NCBI GenBank assembly: GCA_002633005.1
Contig: NMRA01000061.1
Coordinates: 1,091,262-1,155,261, forward strand
Length of the DNA: 64,000 nt
Direction of reading: 5' to 3'
DNA from: Phoronis australis
Taxonomy: Eukaryota > Animalia > Phoronida
Positions 42,001-51,626 of this stretch are shown in pieces (positions within the stretch are counted from its first letter, which is position 1; each line of letters starts with the position of its first letter). The notes under the pieces were generated by a model, which was given only the letters and a program-made list of their open reading frames with translations, had not been told where the DNA came from and ran no database searches. The position numbers were made by a program, and so were the translations under genes.

Positions 42001-45000
42001 CTGAACAAAAATAATACCAGAGCAACACAAAGCACTGAAATGCACCCACGACTGCACCAAAATGGTATGCTCCTAGGGGTGTTATTTGACCTTTTGTCAG
42101 GATTTTGAGTGACGGCTTACATGAGCAATCAGAACTCAGCATTCTTGACACGCTTTGGTTTTCAAGCCGCCATTTTACCCGCAAACAACTCATTGTCAGG
42201 TGAAACTTATTGTTTGTTTGTCGACTTTATGCAAGAGGACGGAGCTTGCCATCGGTCAATTAGAATCATGAAAATGGCTAATAGACAGTTCACAATACAT
42301 GAAGCCACTCTGGTCTTGTGTCTCTCTCGCAGCGTATCGTAAAAAAATGTTGAGGAACTCCAATTCATTCCACAAGGAGGCAGGAAGTAGTCGGATCTGT
42401 CCATCTGTTGTCACCTTATAAGGAATACACTTGCCATATTTCACAAAGATCCTCCAAAGGATTAAGGAGATACAGCCACAGACGCATCAGGAACACGTCT
42501 GTCAATTTTCTTAATGTTTTGAGCAGTTTAGCAAATGAAGGGGCATATGGCAAAAAATGGACTCAAAACTAATGAAAATGGACACTAGGTGGCGCGTAAT
42601 ATGTTGAATCCATACAAAAATGGAGAAAGCATACTGTAATCATTTCCTTGATAAGTATTTGACAAATTTTGTGAAAACCAGTTAGAGAACTCCGAAAATA
42701 CAGAAACAAACACAAAAAATAAATTTGCCACTAGGGGATACAATAGCAGTCAGATCGGTTCAAAACTTATTACCATCTGTCGTCAGCTGGCACTCATCTG
42801 CCAAATTCCACAAAGTGCCTATGAAGGGTTACAGAGATAAGGCAAAAAAATTGTCACTAGGGGGTGCTACAGTAGTCGTACATGCACGAAAATCTAGTTT
42901 TTCTCAAGCCCAAAAGACATTTCTGATCTGAGTTAGTTACAATTTGAGGCCATTTTTTCAAAGGTAAATGGTCAAAATCAAAAGTTAACGTTTTGACAGA
43001 AAACAAAACTATTCCACTTAAAGTGTCCATTTTTACATTTTCTAAAAGTATTCGATGCAAAGGAACAAAACACAAAAAACAAGTTTTCCAAAACAGCATG
43101 ACGTACAGTAGGCTACAAGACAAAATACAGCTTCCTCATCACAACAGCTCATTTTGTTAACAGCAAAAATGACTGATAATGATTATTATAGCAGCAAAAT
43201 TCTAATCACAGAATCGCTTAGCCACCTCACTTAACTTCCCGTTCGTTACCCTCCGTTCTCTGTCATGAAGGTTACTGCGATGATGAATTTGTCTTCCGCA
43301 AAACCATCATTACAGTGAATTATGGGTTACTAGTAAATGTTTTTGGCGTGTACTGTATCAAACATGAACATTAATTTGTACGGATAAAGCATCTGAAAAC
43401 TGGAACAGCAAGTTAAATTAAGAGGCCCTACGAAATCACAAGACCCAAACTAGCAATCCACCCACATTATTGAAAGATCAGTAGAAATCCAAACATACGT
43501 ACACTTCTAGCCAACAGAAACTCTGTGAACACTTGTCGAACATTGCTTTCCTCTAGCAGCATGATCGAACTGAGACAGTCAGCAATCACCTGCAAGAAAA
43601 CAAGTAGTAACCTTGACATGCCTTCAACAGTTCCCAATATGACACTGACTGAAACGCGTAGAGAGTGCACTAATGGTATATTATAAGTTTTTTGATCGTA
43701 TATCAAGAAAGTTTCCAAGAATGGCATAGTCAAGCAATGATATAATTTCAAGCTAAATCGTGCAGGTAGGACCAGGGGTCATCACTAACAAAGGCTATGA
43801 ATATGCGCCTCATCTTCACGGTATATATATATTGTTATATTAATCTTAATTTTCCTCATTCAGTCGATCGTATTTTACCTTACGGCTTGTATCACTGACA
43901 AAGATTGCATTGCATACAAGATTTGGTTTAATATTTCATCGTTTAATTTTTATCCAAGCTTGATCATGGCACCACAACGTTTACCAATACCTGACTGCCG
44001 ATGTCTTCTTTCTTTAAGGTATTATGGCATCCCTACAAAGATAAAGGGAGTGAATAACATTGAGCATGAACACCAGTGAATAACATTGTGCATGAACACC
44101 AGTAGGTATATTGTGCAAAAAAAACATAATAAATAACCACACAATGAGTGATCACTTGTCCAATGGACAACTTGACAACAAATTAGCTAACACCTAAGAA
44201 CATATTAGGCGATTCTTGGTCGCCGGTGAAGTCTTTTAAGACAGCAGGCATTATTGGCCAACTTTTCGTCAGATCAGCAGCAGCAGAGAACCTATGCCAC
44301 AGCTATATAGAGCTTACACACTGATCCTGTCATTAAACAATTGCTTGAAAACACATCAAGAAGTACAATTAAATCAGTTTCAATCCGGCAACCCTAACTA
44401 TGGCACAGCAGCACACAACAATACGTCCTAGTTGCCTGCAAAATAGTCTGTAGGTTACCGAAGGCACCTCATGGTGAGTTGGCATGGTTACCTGTAGAAT
44501 GGTTGACTTGAAGTGCCCAATGGCAGCCCACTGCCAAGAGACGACAGGGAACGACTTGAGGGTGTCTGTAGTCACATGACGGCCTGACTGGAGGGTAGTG
44601 TATACGTGACGACACAACAAGAACAGCTCGGTCGCCACTAGGTACTGGCAGCTGTCAATAGCGCTCCAAATCTGCAAGTATATGGTTTATCCAATGCACG
44701 TAAACTATGTAACATTTAATGATGAAGATATTTCTTATTCCTCGATGTCTTGCCACATTTTAAGGCACTTATATGATTACCAAGACCTGCTCTTTAATAT
44801 AAAAGAAAAGAAGCAACCCTGTTTTGTATCGATGTCACCAATTGTGCCTGTAATTCTAAATGTACATTAGCAGTGTTTTTTGTACAATGTTCACTAATTC
44901 CAACAACATATTTTCCTGAAACTTGAGTTTACCTTTTCTGGCATGTCCAACAGCAACTTAATCTGTGAGGCCACTTCATAGATCTTCTTGTCACCCTGAC

Positions 45001-48000
45001 TTCTGGAACACAATATAAACCACAACAGTGTATAAAGGAACCAGTATCTGTCTACTTCAAAGAGACAAGTAGCAATGTGCAACTGTAAGAGTTATTCCTT
45101 TTATCCAAACTCGAATTTTAAATCTGCAACATTAAATACTAAGTAACGATGCACTGGGTGGTGTTTAGGTAATATGAGAATTACCTTGGGACTGGGGAAT
45201 ATCGCAGCGCCCTCTGTTATTTTGAGGTAATTACCCACAATGGTGCACATCAGTGGAGCACTTGTCCTCAATTGTACATTGCTGCAGTCTTGTCACTGTT
45301 TTACATTAGTTTAACATTCGTAAATCTGATGCTAAGAGATCTTGTTGCTTAGTGGGTTGCAAAGCAGATGTAAACATTTTTGAAACGTTGCGGGAGGCGC
45401 AGTGAATCATTGTTAACATGTACGTTTTGTTCTGGTCAATCATACAATGCAAATTTTTCTTCCTCCACAAAAAGAGGAAAGTTGAATACAGGCCGTGGGG
45501 ATTTCAGGCAAGCTAACACTTCCTTGATTTCTCAGTTATATTTTGGTTGGGAATGGAGTTCATATATGTTACATTTGGCTTAAAAATAAATTGCTTCATT
45601 CTTATTTTACTATACCCATGTAGCACTTAACATGACTTAGGGTATGTTTTATCTAGTTCTTAGCAAGATCAATACTATACACCTATGAGACAAAATGTCA
45701 AAATTTTTGCATTTGCATCAATGAAAGAAGGCTTTTCAAAAATAGAAAACTGCCAAAAAACGCCAAAAGTTTATTGAAAATCAAACCATAATGAACTCGA
45801 AGATATCCTATACAGGGCCTTGCTCTGTCAATGCAAACGCTTTAAAAGGAGTACTTGGGCATGAATTACACCAAGTTGACAGTTACCAAGGCAACACATG
45901 CATTTCCACAGCATGAACGGGAACAAAAAAATTATAGAAACAATGATAGTCGTATCTTCAACAAAGTTTTCAAAAGACATGGACAAAAAAGATGTTCATT
46001 CATTCTAACAACCCCATTTTGATAAACCATTCCAAAAACAGAGATAATGTAAATTCACCCCAGCTGACACCCACACTCAACAGTTTCGACCGCCAACGAT
46101 CCAATCTCACAAAAATATTCAAGTCCCCAACTAACCGGTCAGTTGTGAAGTCCCAGGCATATATGGACTTACCTTAGACGAGTGTGTGAGCCGGTCATTC
46201 CCTTAATCATGTGAGTCTTGTCAAGTCTTTCACAGTGTTTCTGAATACTAGTCAGGCTGCGAGACACCTAGGGCAAAAATGATAAGAACATGATCAGCAG
46301 GATTCTTAAAAATTCCACACAGTACAACTAGCGAAAGCCATAATCTTCAACCTTGAATAAAACAAGTTAGACGCTGAGTGAATTTTCCCTTTTATCAGGT
46401 GTAATTTGGAGAATTAACTATCTGTACTGAAGAACCAGAACGAAAATTACACCCAAAACCATGAGCCAAATTAAAGTGGAACTGCATAATGTGAGCCGTT
46501 TGAGCCCCCAAGGTATATCATTATTGCAGAGGTCACCTATTTGCAGAAATTTTTGCTTTCACAATTTACAAGTTGTATATGAATACAACTGCACTTTGTT
46601 TAGCGTAGATGATGTTTAAATAACATTTAATTCCTGCTATACATTAGCATAGTTAGGAGCAAATACATCAAAATGTTTTTTTAAAGGTGGCATTGCACGG
46701 GCATTTTGTCAATGATACAAAAGCCTACGATTACCAAAAGATCTCAATTTAGTAGTTACGTAAAAAATACGTCAAGGTACAAAATGACACTCCCGTTAAT
46801 ACAATGTGCGCCTTAGTTTAGTTTGGTCAAGTCAAATGATGCAAAAGTGCAGATTAGTGCAAACATCGACGTAGCATTTTGCAACTGCATCCCAAACCCA
46901 TTTCAATCCAATATAAGACTGACGTTCACTACTTACGTTTTCAGCACTAGCTTTCATGTCCGTTATTGTATCTGCTGCCTCTATCAAGTCCCGATACCGC
47001 TCTCTGCAAGAAACGGGAGATTAGTTGATCCATCTCTGTTTTCACAATCGTACCTGTCGTGCAGTCATTGATGTAATTTTATCACGTGAATGCAAGTAAT
47101 CTCTAAAAAGACCATGTGATGAGATGAACATCACCTTGGCAATTTCTGCAAAAAGTATAATGTACACGAGGTTCAACTCAGTGAACATCACTACCGATAA
47201 GTGTAAACCTTCTTGGAGTCATTTCACGTTTCATCAAATAACGATTTAACTGTCCATATTTAACCCATAAAAGTCCAAAGTCTCTGAAACTTCCATAATT
47301 GAAAAATCGAAATTCATGCCGTGACGTCTATTTGGTGCATAAATAATTCATTTAAAGACTTATTATAGGTAGCAATGAAAAATAAAGGCATGATTTCATA
47401 TGATGTTCGACTATCGCATTTTAGAAAAAGTCGATAGGGGATGTCAATTACTTTTCCACCACCACGTGACATATAAAAAGCAACAGGCACATAATACAGG
47501 CAACAGGCACATAACACAGGCAACAGGCACATAACACAGGCAACAAGCACATAACACAACTGTTCCAAATGACTAAGGTACTTCAATGTCGCTAATTAAA
47601 AATGAGTCTGTCTCCACATTAGTTTTACTTACAGTGGACAGTGTATTTTACATATTAATTTCAGTTTCTTCCATATCTAGCATTCCATTCACGCAAGTGC
47701 CAATGCGAGTAATTTCCAAACCATTTGCCTTGGGTCCTCCTTCTTGTACTCCGTATCTGAGACAGTGTAAACAATTATCCATCCATCTACCTTAGTTCTC
47801 CCATCTTGGGCTCAATGTCTGAGTCCTTGTACACACTCACCCAATCATATGCCTTAATTTGTACATCTTGGCTCAATGTCAGCCCTTGTACACACTCACC
47901 CAACCATCTGCCTTAGTTCTTCCTTCTTATGCTCAATATCCGAGCCAGTTCTTTTTTCAATGGCACGAATCTCCTCTATGGTATACTTCTCAAACAGCAT

Positions 48001-51000
48001 ATTAGTGTCGATTTCTTGGATGGTCAAACCTGAGACAAAATATCGTGTCAAAATTTTGTCTCATATGACCGCTTGGTTTCATAAACAGAATTTCAGAATT
48101 TCCATGTTCTATTCTTCAGCAATCCATAACTCAGTAGACATTTTGTTATGGGCAATAGTGTCCTCTCATTGTGTTTAAATAGCTGGGTATCCTAATTCAA
48201 CTGTAACCCTTAACAAAAATATAGTTGAATACACCCACATTATTATTTGGCAAATAACATCAATTTCAAAGGTCAATATTTTCAAGATTAGTGAAGATAC
48301 GGTGAAAGTGACACCTACGAATCTCCTAGGGAAGTGATTTAGCAAAAGTATGTATCTCAATAAAAAGTTATGGCATGAACCGCTGTATCCTACCGGAATT
48401 AGCCAAATCAAACACAATAGCCTCTGATTTTGAGAACCAGACAATTATCGAATAACATGCCCATGGGCATGGCATCATTTATGTCCTGGCTCTCCAAATC
48501 AGTGACTTCTATTCAACCAGTACATATCCTGCCACAGCAAAGGTGTCTAATGGGAACTGGCTAGATAAAGCGGTCCCTGATTTAGAGAACCAGACAATCA
48601 TAACGCCTAACGTAACAATCCCTTCATTCACCGATTCTGTGACAGCGGATGAACTCAGTTAATCAGTGATTCAGTAATTGTCTATTATCACCGCAATTTG
48701 TTGACAAGTGGTCCACTGATTTCATAGTATGCTCAGTTGACTTTGCTTTCAAACAATTGCTCTTTGACCAAATTAGCTTATCCTAAATCGCATCACTGAC
48801 ATCGCCGCCTAACTGCCTAGATAGAGTGGCTGGGCACTGCCAGTTCCGGTCTAGGCAATGACCATCGCCTCTGTTGGCCCGAACCAGAGGCGATGCAGAG
48901 GCTATAGGCGCTCTGTACGCCGGAAGCTTTTCGGCGAATTATGCCTCGCACCGACTTAACCGTCAAAGTCACGTTGTTATAAATACCTTTTGCGCATAGA
49001 GGAACACCTTAGGAGGTTGTCGATGTGTTTAATTCCTTCCAACTTGAACAAATACTCCCATTATGAAACTTTTTCTTCAAGCAGTCCCTATTTCAGTTCC
49101 CAAAATCGTGAAATCAACATTTTCATTTTTTTAACCAGGCCGAAGGTCAGAAGTTGCGGACCTACCGGCGAACTTTGAAAGCTGAAGTTCCTGCGCTTCG
49201 CGTACGTGCTGCGAACCAGCCGTGCATTTGTCGTGTTGTTAAACATTAAAATGTCAAATATGTGCACAAAGACTATTAAATGTCATATCAACAGCTGATA
49301 ACTATATTGGAATGTGTTTATATCCTGTAGTTACATAATATTCTATCCTGTTGTTGTTTATGGTTTACTGGTTCCTGTTTTGTAGTAGTCAGTACTGTAT
49401 TAGTCATATATTCCTAGAACCTATTGACTTCCTGTACATTTCTGTATATATTCTATTATTTGTTGATATCAATACACTTTTAGTTCGACAGCCAACTGGG
49501 CACAATCTTTGTTTTACTCACGACTTTTCACAGCATTTATTTTTATCAAATACAAACAATAATTCATTGAAATACAATCAGTTTCAAGTAATGCCAATTA
49601 AAGACAAGTATAAGTGGTGGAATTTTGGAAACAAACATTTGACTGACAAGACCGCAATGGCTCACCTTTGGCCTATTTAAAGATTGAGGTCATGAAGTCA
49701 CATCACCTAGCGAGCGCGGTAAAAATTGGAGCGTGCACAGTANGATTTCATATGATGTTCGACTATCGCATTTTAGAAAAAGTCGATAGGGGTTGTCAAT
49801 TACTTTTCCACCACCACGTGACATATAAAAAGCAACAGGTACATAACACAGGCAACAGGCACATAACACAGGCAACAGGCACATAACACAGGCAACAAGC
49901 ACATAACACAACTGTTCTAAATGACTAAGGTACTTCAATGTCGCTAATTAAAAATGAGTCTGTCTCCACATTAGTTTTACTTAAGTCATCTCATGGACAG
50001 TGTACTTTACATATTAATTTCAGTTTCTTCCAAATCTTGCATTCCATTCACGCAAGTGCCAATGTGAGTAATTTCCAAACCATTTGCCTTTGGTTCTCCA
50101 TCTTGTACTCCATATCTGAGACAGTGTAAACAATTATCTATCCATCTACCTTAGTTCTCCCATCTTGGGCTCAATGTCTGAGTCCTTGAACACACTCACC
50201 CAAACATATGCCTTACTTTTTACATCTTGGGCTCAATGTCAGCCATTGTACATACTTACCCAACCATCTGCCTTAGTTCTTCCTTCTTATGCTCAATATC
50301 TGAGCCGGTTCTTTTTTCAATGGCACGAATCTCCTCTATGGTATACTTCTCAAACAGCATATTAGTGTCGATTTCTTGGATGGTCAAACCTGAGACAAAA
50401 TATGGTGTCAAAATTTTGTCTCATATGACCGCTTTGTTTCACAAACAGAATTTCCATGTTCTATCTTCCAGCAATTCATAACTTAGTAGACATTTCGCTA
50501 TGGCCATTAGTGTCCTCTCATTGTGTTTAAATAGCTGGGTATCCTAACTCAACTGTAACCCTTATCAAAAATATAGTTGAATACACCCACGTTATTATTT
50601 GGCAAAAAACATCAATTTCAAAGGTCAATATTTACAAGATTAGTGAAGATACGGTGAAAGTGACACCTACGAATCTCCTAGGGAAGTGATTTAGCAAAAG
50701 TATGTATCTCAATAAAAAGTTATGGCATGAACCGCTGTATCCTACTGGAATTAGCCAAACCAAATACAATAGCCTCTGATTTTGAGAACCAGACAATCAT
50801 CGAATAACATGCCCATGGGGATGGGCTTGGCATCATTTATGTCCTGGCTCTCCAAATCAGTGACTTCTATTCAACCAGTACATATCCTGCCACAGCAAAG
50901 GTGTCTAATGGGAACTGGCTGGATAAAGCGGTCCCTGATTTAGAGAACCAGACAATCATAACGCCTAACGTAACGATCCCTTCATTCACCGATTCTGTGA

Positions 51001-51390
51001 CAGCGGATGAACTCAGTTAATCAGTGATTCAGTGATTGTCTATTATCACCGCAATTTGTTGACAAGTGGTCCACTGATTTCATAGTATGCTCAGTTGACT
51101 TTGCTTTCAAACAAATGCTCTTTGACCAAATTAGCTTATCCTAAATCGCATCACTGACATCGCCGCCTAACAGCCCAGATAGAGTGGCTGGGCAGTGCCA
51201 GTGCCGGTCGTGAGTCCGGAGGCCGAGAATGGGACGAAGATCCGATAAAGTTAGACAGAAAAGTCTGGTTTTCAAGTTATGAGATTGAGAAGAACATAAA
51301 GATCGTAAGCAATATGATAAACGCAAACATGTTACATCACATTAACATTTTAAGAATCTTGCAAAACAAACCCTTCAAGCTTTCCGCCAT
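29983..51390 (-). CDS. COG1: Conserved oligomeric Golgi complex subunit 1, full gene span (22 coding exons, 2751 nt, 916 aa)
   Basis: The hand-spliced exons give IEHKKEELRQMVGERYRDLIEAADTI, QIKLLLDMPEKIWS, SIMLLEES, KGLASIRDA, WDDIEVEEETEKG...IRVPCQPSWYV, QSRALQHVFDLKFL, VDPFDLDVFSPH and HNVLPL...RFSLLP, all recognisable COG1 motifs in the correct order. All junctions are GT-AG and phase-compatible. Confidence 0.95.
30103..30146. repeat. 22-bp tandem duplication at the COG1 last-exon acceptor
   Basis: AAGCAACAACACTGGTCAACAT occurs twice. Confidence 0.85.
31202..31393 (-). CDS. COG1: COG1 coding exon 21 (VLFGALAC...HNVLPLTASCGRFSLLP...LIKPQ)
   Basis: CCCCAG acceptor, GTAGGT donor, 192 nt. 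A weaker in-frame GTGGGG donor is possible at 31222. Confidence 0.88.
31627..31758 (-). CDS. COG1: COG1 coding exon 20 (ENDVFVQK...VDPFDLDVFSPH...QRSL)
   Basis: TTTCAG acceptor, GTGAGT donor, 132 nt, DPFDLDVF signature. Confidence 0.95.
32674..33174. mobile_element. 501-bp non-autonomous DNA transposon (MITE), hAT-like, in COG1 intron 19
   Basis: Perfect 13-bp TIRs CAGGGCTTGGAAT / ATTCCAAGCCCTG. Flanked by the direct repeat ATGGTA (32668-32673 and 33175-33180). Multiple subterminal (C)GCGGAAA repeats. Confidence 0.9.
33612..33801 (-). CDS. COG1: COG1 coding exon 19 (KSLNFFIK...TQSRALQHVFDLKFL...SDTE)
   Basis: TTTCAG acceptor, GTATGT donor, 190 nt. Confidence 0.92.
34739..34893 (-). CDS. COG1: COG1 coding exon 18 (RWDDIEVEEETEKG...QPSWYV...VNRVGGHALS)
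   Basis: CCATAG acceptor, GTAAGT donor, 155 nt, highly conserved motif. Confidence 0.95.
35356..35560 (-). CDS. COG1: COG1 coding exon 17 (AKRTGRG...WNQLKSTL...FDLWSRF...LTSAT)
   Basis: TTATAG acceptor, GTGAGT donor, 205 nt. Confidence 0.9.
35967..36068 (-). CDS. COG1: COG1 coding exon 16 (ILLLGRVCLGVSELCPQLVECILGK...)
   Basis: TTACAG acceptor, GTGAGC donor, 102 nt, ELCP.L..CILGK motif. Confidence 0.92.
36695..36781 (-). CDS. COG1: COG1 coding exon 15 (FVQHVNEKLSECEASLQGQESVQLSVID)
   Basis: CTTCAG acceptor, GTAATA donor, 87 nt. Phases 2/2 fit the neighbours; sequence conservation is weak. Confidence 0.8.
37860..37991 (-). CDS. COG1: COG1 coding exon 14 (VCFAVNSKVKCILDDACTY...ADFIK)
   Basis: TTTCAG acceptor, GTGAGT donor, 132 nt. 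Aligns with FCSALDSKLKVKLDD. Confidence 0.85.
38553..38782 (-). CDS. COG1: COG1 coding exon 13 (EIISTQFD...FIWTESSRDVPDNAAW...GLLMKAKAYTPPVQ)
   Basis: TTACAG acceptor, GTGAGT donor, 230 nt. Confidence 0.93.
39205..39309 (-). CDS. COG1: COG1 coding exon 12 (NERQDSWNTVCEQVINKRITVWEEFVQPLIFKRAE)
   Basis: TTGTAG acceptor, GTCAGT donor, 105 nt. Confidence 0.9.
40138..40249 (-). CDS. COG1: COG1 coding exon 11 (CRSNIKMGLSALLCYIGSVKGLASIRDALQELLQVNQ)
   Basis: CTGCAG acceptor, GTAATG donor, 112 nt. Confidence 0.93.
41025..41166 (-). CDS. COG1: COG1 coding exon 10 (SRVLLHG...HLPSTVLDYIPSLR...ACQEWVN)
   Basis: TTACAG acceptor, GTATGT donor, 142 nt. Confidence 0.9.
41757..41922 (-). CDS. COG1: COG1 coding exon 9 (NTIQAIFQG...IKSQVCRVVDLLQTTILQIHALF...SSPT)
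   Basis: TCACAG acceptor, phase-1 GTTTGT donor, 166 nt. Confidence 0.88.
43503..43589 (-). CDS. COG1: COG1 coding exon 8 (VIADCLSSIMLLEESNVRQVFTEFLLARS)
   Basis: TTGCAG acceptor, GTACGT donor, 87 nt. Confidence 0.95.
43991..44032 (-). CDS. COG1: COG1 coding exon 7 (GCHNTLKKEDIGSQ), 42-nt exon
   Basis: TTGTAG acceptor, GTATTG donor. Its 14 codons exactly fill the gap relative to human COG1 (ESKMLLKCQGVSDQ). Confidence 0.82.
44049..44103. repeat. 26-bp tandem duplication beside the COG1 exon 7 acceptor
   Basis: AGTGAATAACATTG(A/T)GCATGAACACC occurs twice. Confidence 0.8.
44492..44671 (-). CDS. COG1: COG1 coding exon 6 (IWSAIDSCQYLVATELFLLCRH...GHFKSTILQ)
   Basis: TTGCAG acceptor, GTAACC donor, 180 nt. 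Confidence 0.94.
44933..45002 (-). CDS. COG1: COG1 coding exon 5 (SQGDKKIYEVASQIKLLLDMPEK)
   Basis: TTCCAG acceptor, GTAAAC donor, 70 nt. Confidence 0.94.
46173..46267 (-). CDS. COG1: COG1 coding exon 4 (VSRSLTSIQKHCERLDKTHMIKGMTGSHTRL)
   Basis: CCCTAG acceptor, GTAAGT donor, 95 nt, phases fit. Confidence 0.87.
46502..46670 (+). repeat. Interspersed repeat fragment, second copy at ~59381-59558
   Basis: GAGCCCCC..GGTA.ATCAT...AGGTCACC...ACAAGTTGT..ATGAATACAACTGCAC...GTTTAGCG..GATGATGTT...TTCCTGCTATA.ATTAGC.TAGTTAGGAGCA is shared by both loci. Confidence 0.8.
46937..47003 (-). CDS. COG1: COG1 coding exon 3 (ERYRDLIEAADTITDMKASAEN)
   Basis: TTGCAG acceptor, GTAAGT donor, 67 nt, RYRDLIEAADTI signature. 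Confidence 0.96.
47900..48029 (-). CDS. COG1: COG1 coding exon 2, duplicate copy B
   Basis: Same 130-nt exon (LTIQEIDTNMLFEKYTIEEIRAIEKRTGSDIEHKKEELRQMVG), TCTCAG acceptor, GTGAGT donor. Confidence 0.85.
50260..50389 (-). CDS. COG1: COG1 coding exon 2, copy A
   Basis: 130 nt, TCTCAG acceptor, GTAAGT donor. IEHKKEELRQMVG is the Vps51/COG1 N-terminal signature. Confidence 0.9.
51372..51390 (-). CDS. COG1: COG1 coding exon 1 (MAESLK + G, 19 nt)
   Basis: CAAGATGGCG start context. The phase-1 GTTTGT donor matches the phase-1 start of exon 2, and the exon lies in the promoter-like region beside REEP. Confidence 0.72.
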
Positions 51391-51496
51391 CTTGACAACT
51401 TGACAGATGCGAGCGCCCTCTTTTAGAATTTGTCTGAAATCTTCGTATTATCTCGCAGGTGGACGAGAGGCGAACTTACTCCCATAAATTTTCACG
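51391..51496. promoter_or_regulatory. Compact bidirectional promoter / 5' UTR region between COG1 and REEP5/6
   Basis: Only 106 bp separate the divergent ATGs. A YY1-type CGCCATCTT overlaps the COG1 start codon. Confidence 0.65.
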
Positions 51497-51626
51497 ATGG
51501 CGAGCGGAGATGTTGCAGGATGGAAAGAAAAATTGGATAAGGCTCTACACGAAAAGAATGCTGCAACTGATTTACTTGAAAAGGCAGAGAAGAAGACTGG
51601 TGTCAGGCGGCTCTACCTCGTACTAG
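51497..51626 (+). CDS. REEP5: REEP5/REEP6 (DP1/Yop1) ER-shaping protein, first coding exon; remainder lies right of the window
   Basis: MASGDVAGWKEKLDKALHEKNAATDLLEKAEKKTGVRRLYLVLG resembles REEP5 (...[28 protein letters not shown]). A phase-1 GTATGT donor follows at 51627 after LG. Exon 2 was not found before 64000. Confidence 0.88.

Larger units (their letters stand above)
47393..51200. repeat. ~1.45-kb direct duplication (47393-~48845 and 49744-~51200) containing COG1 exon 2; the second copy starts at assembly 'n' 49743
   Basis: Near-identical sequence at an offset of ~2.35 kb. Each copy includes a 20-bp minisatellite (GGCAACAGGCACATAACACA, about 4 units). Confidence 0.92.

Noticed and set aside
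41560-42060. 166-aa ORF on the minus strand as a standalone gene
   Set aside because: Only 41757-41922 is COG1-like and bounded by splice sites; the rest is open intron sequence.
47478-47560. Cys-rich ORFs (47314-47586, 49690-49938) as metallothionein-like peptides
   Set aside because: The Cys pattern arises from translating a 20-bp minisatellite in a COG1 intron.
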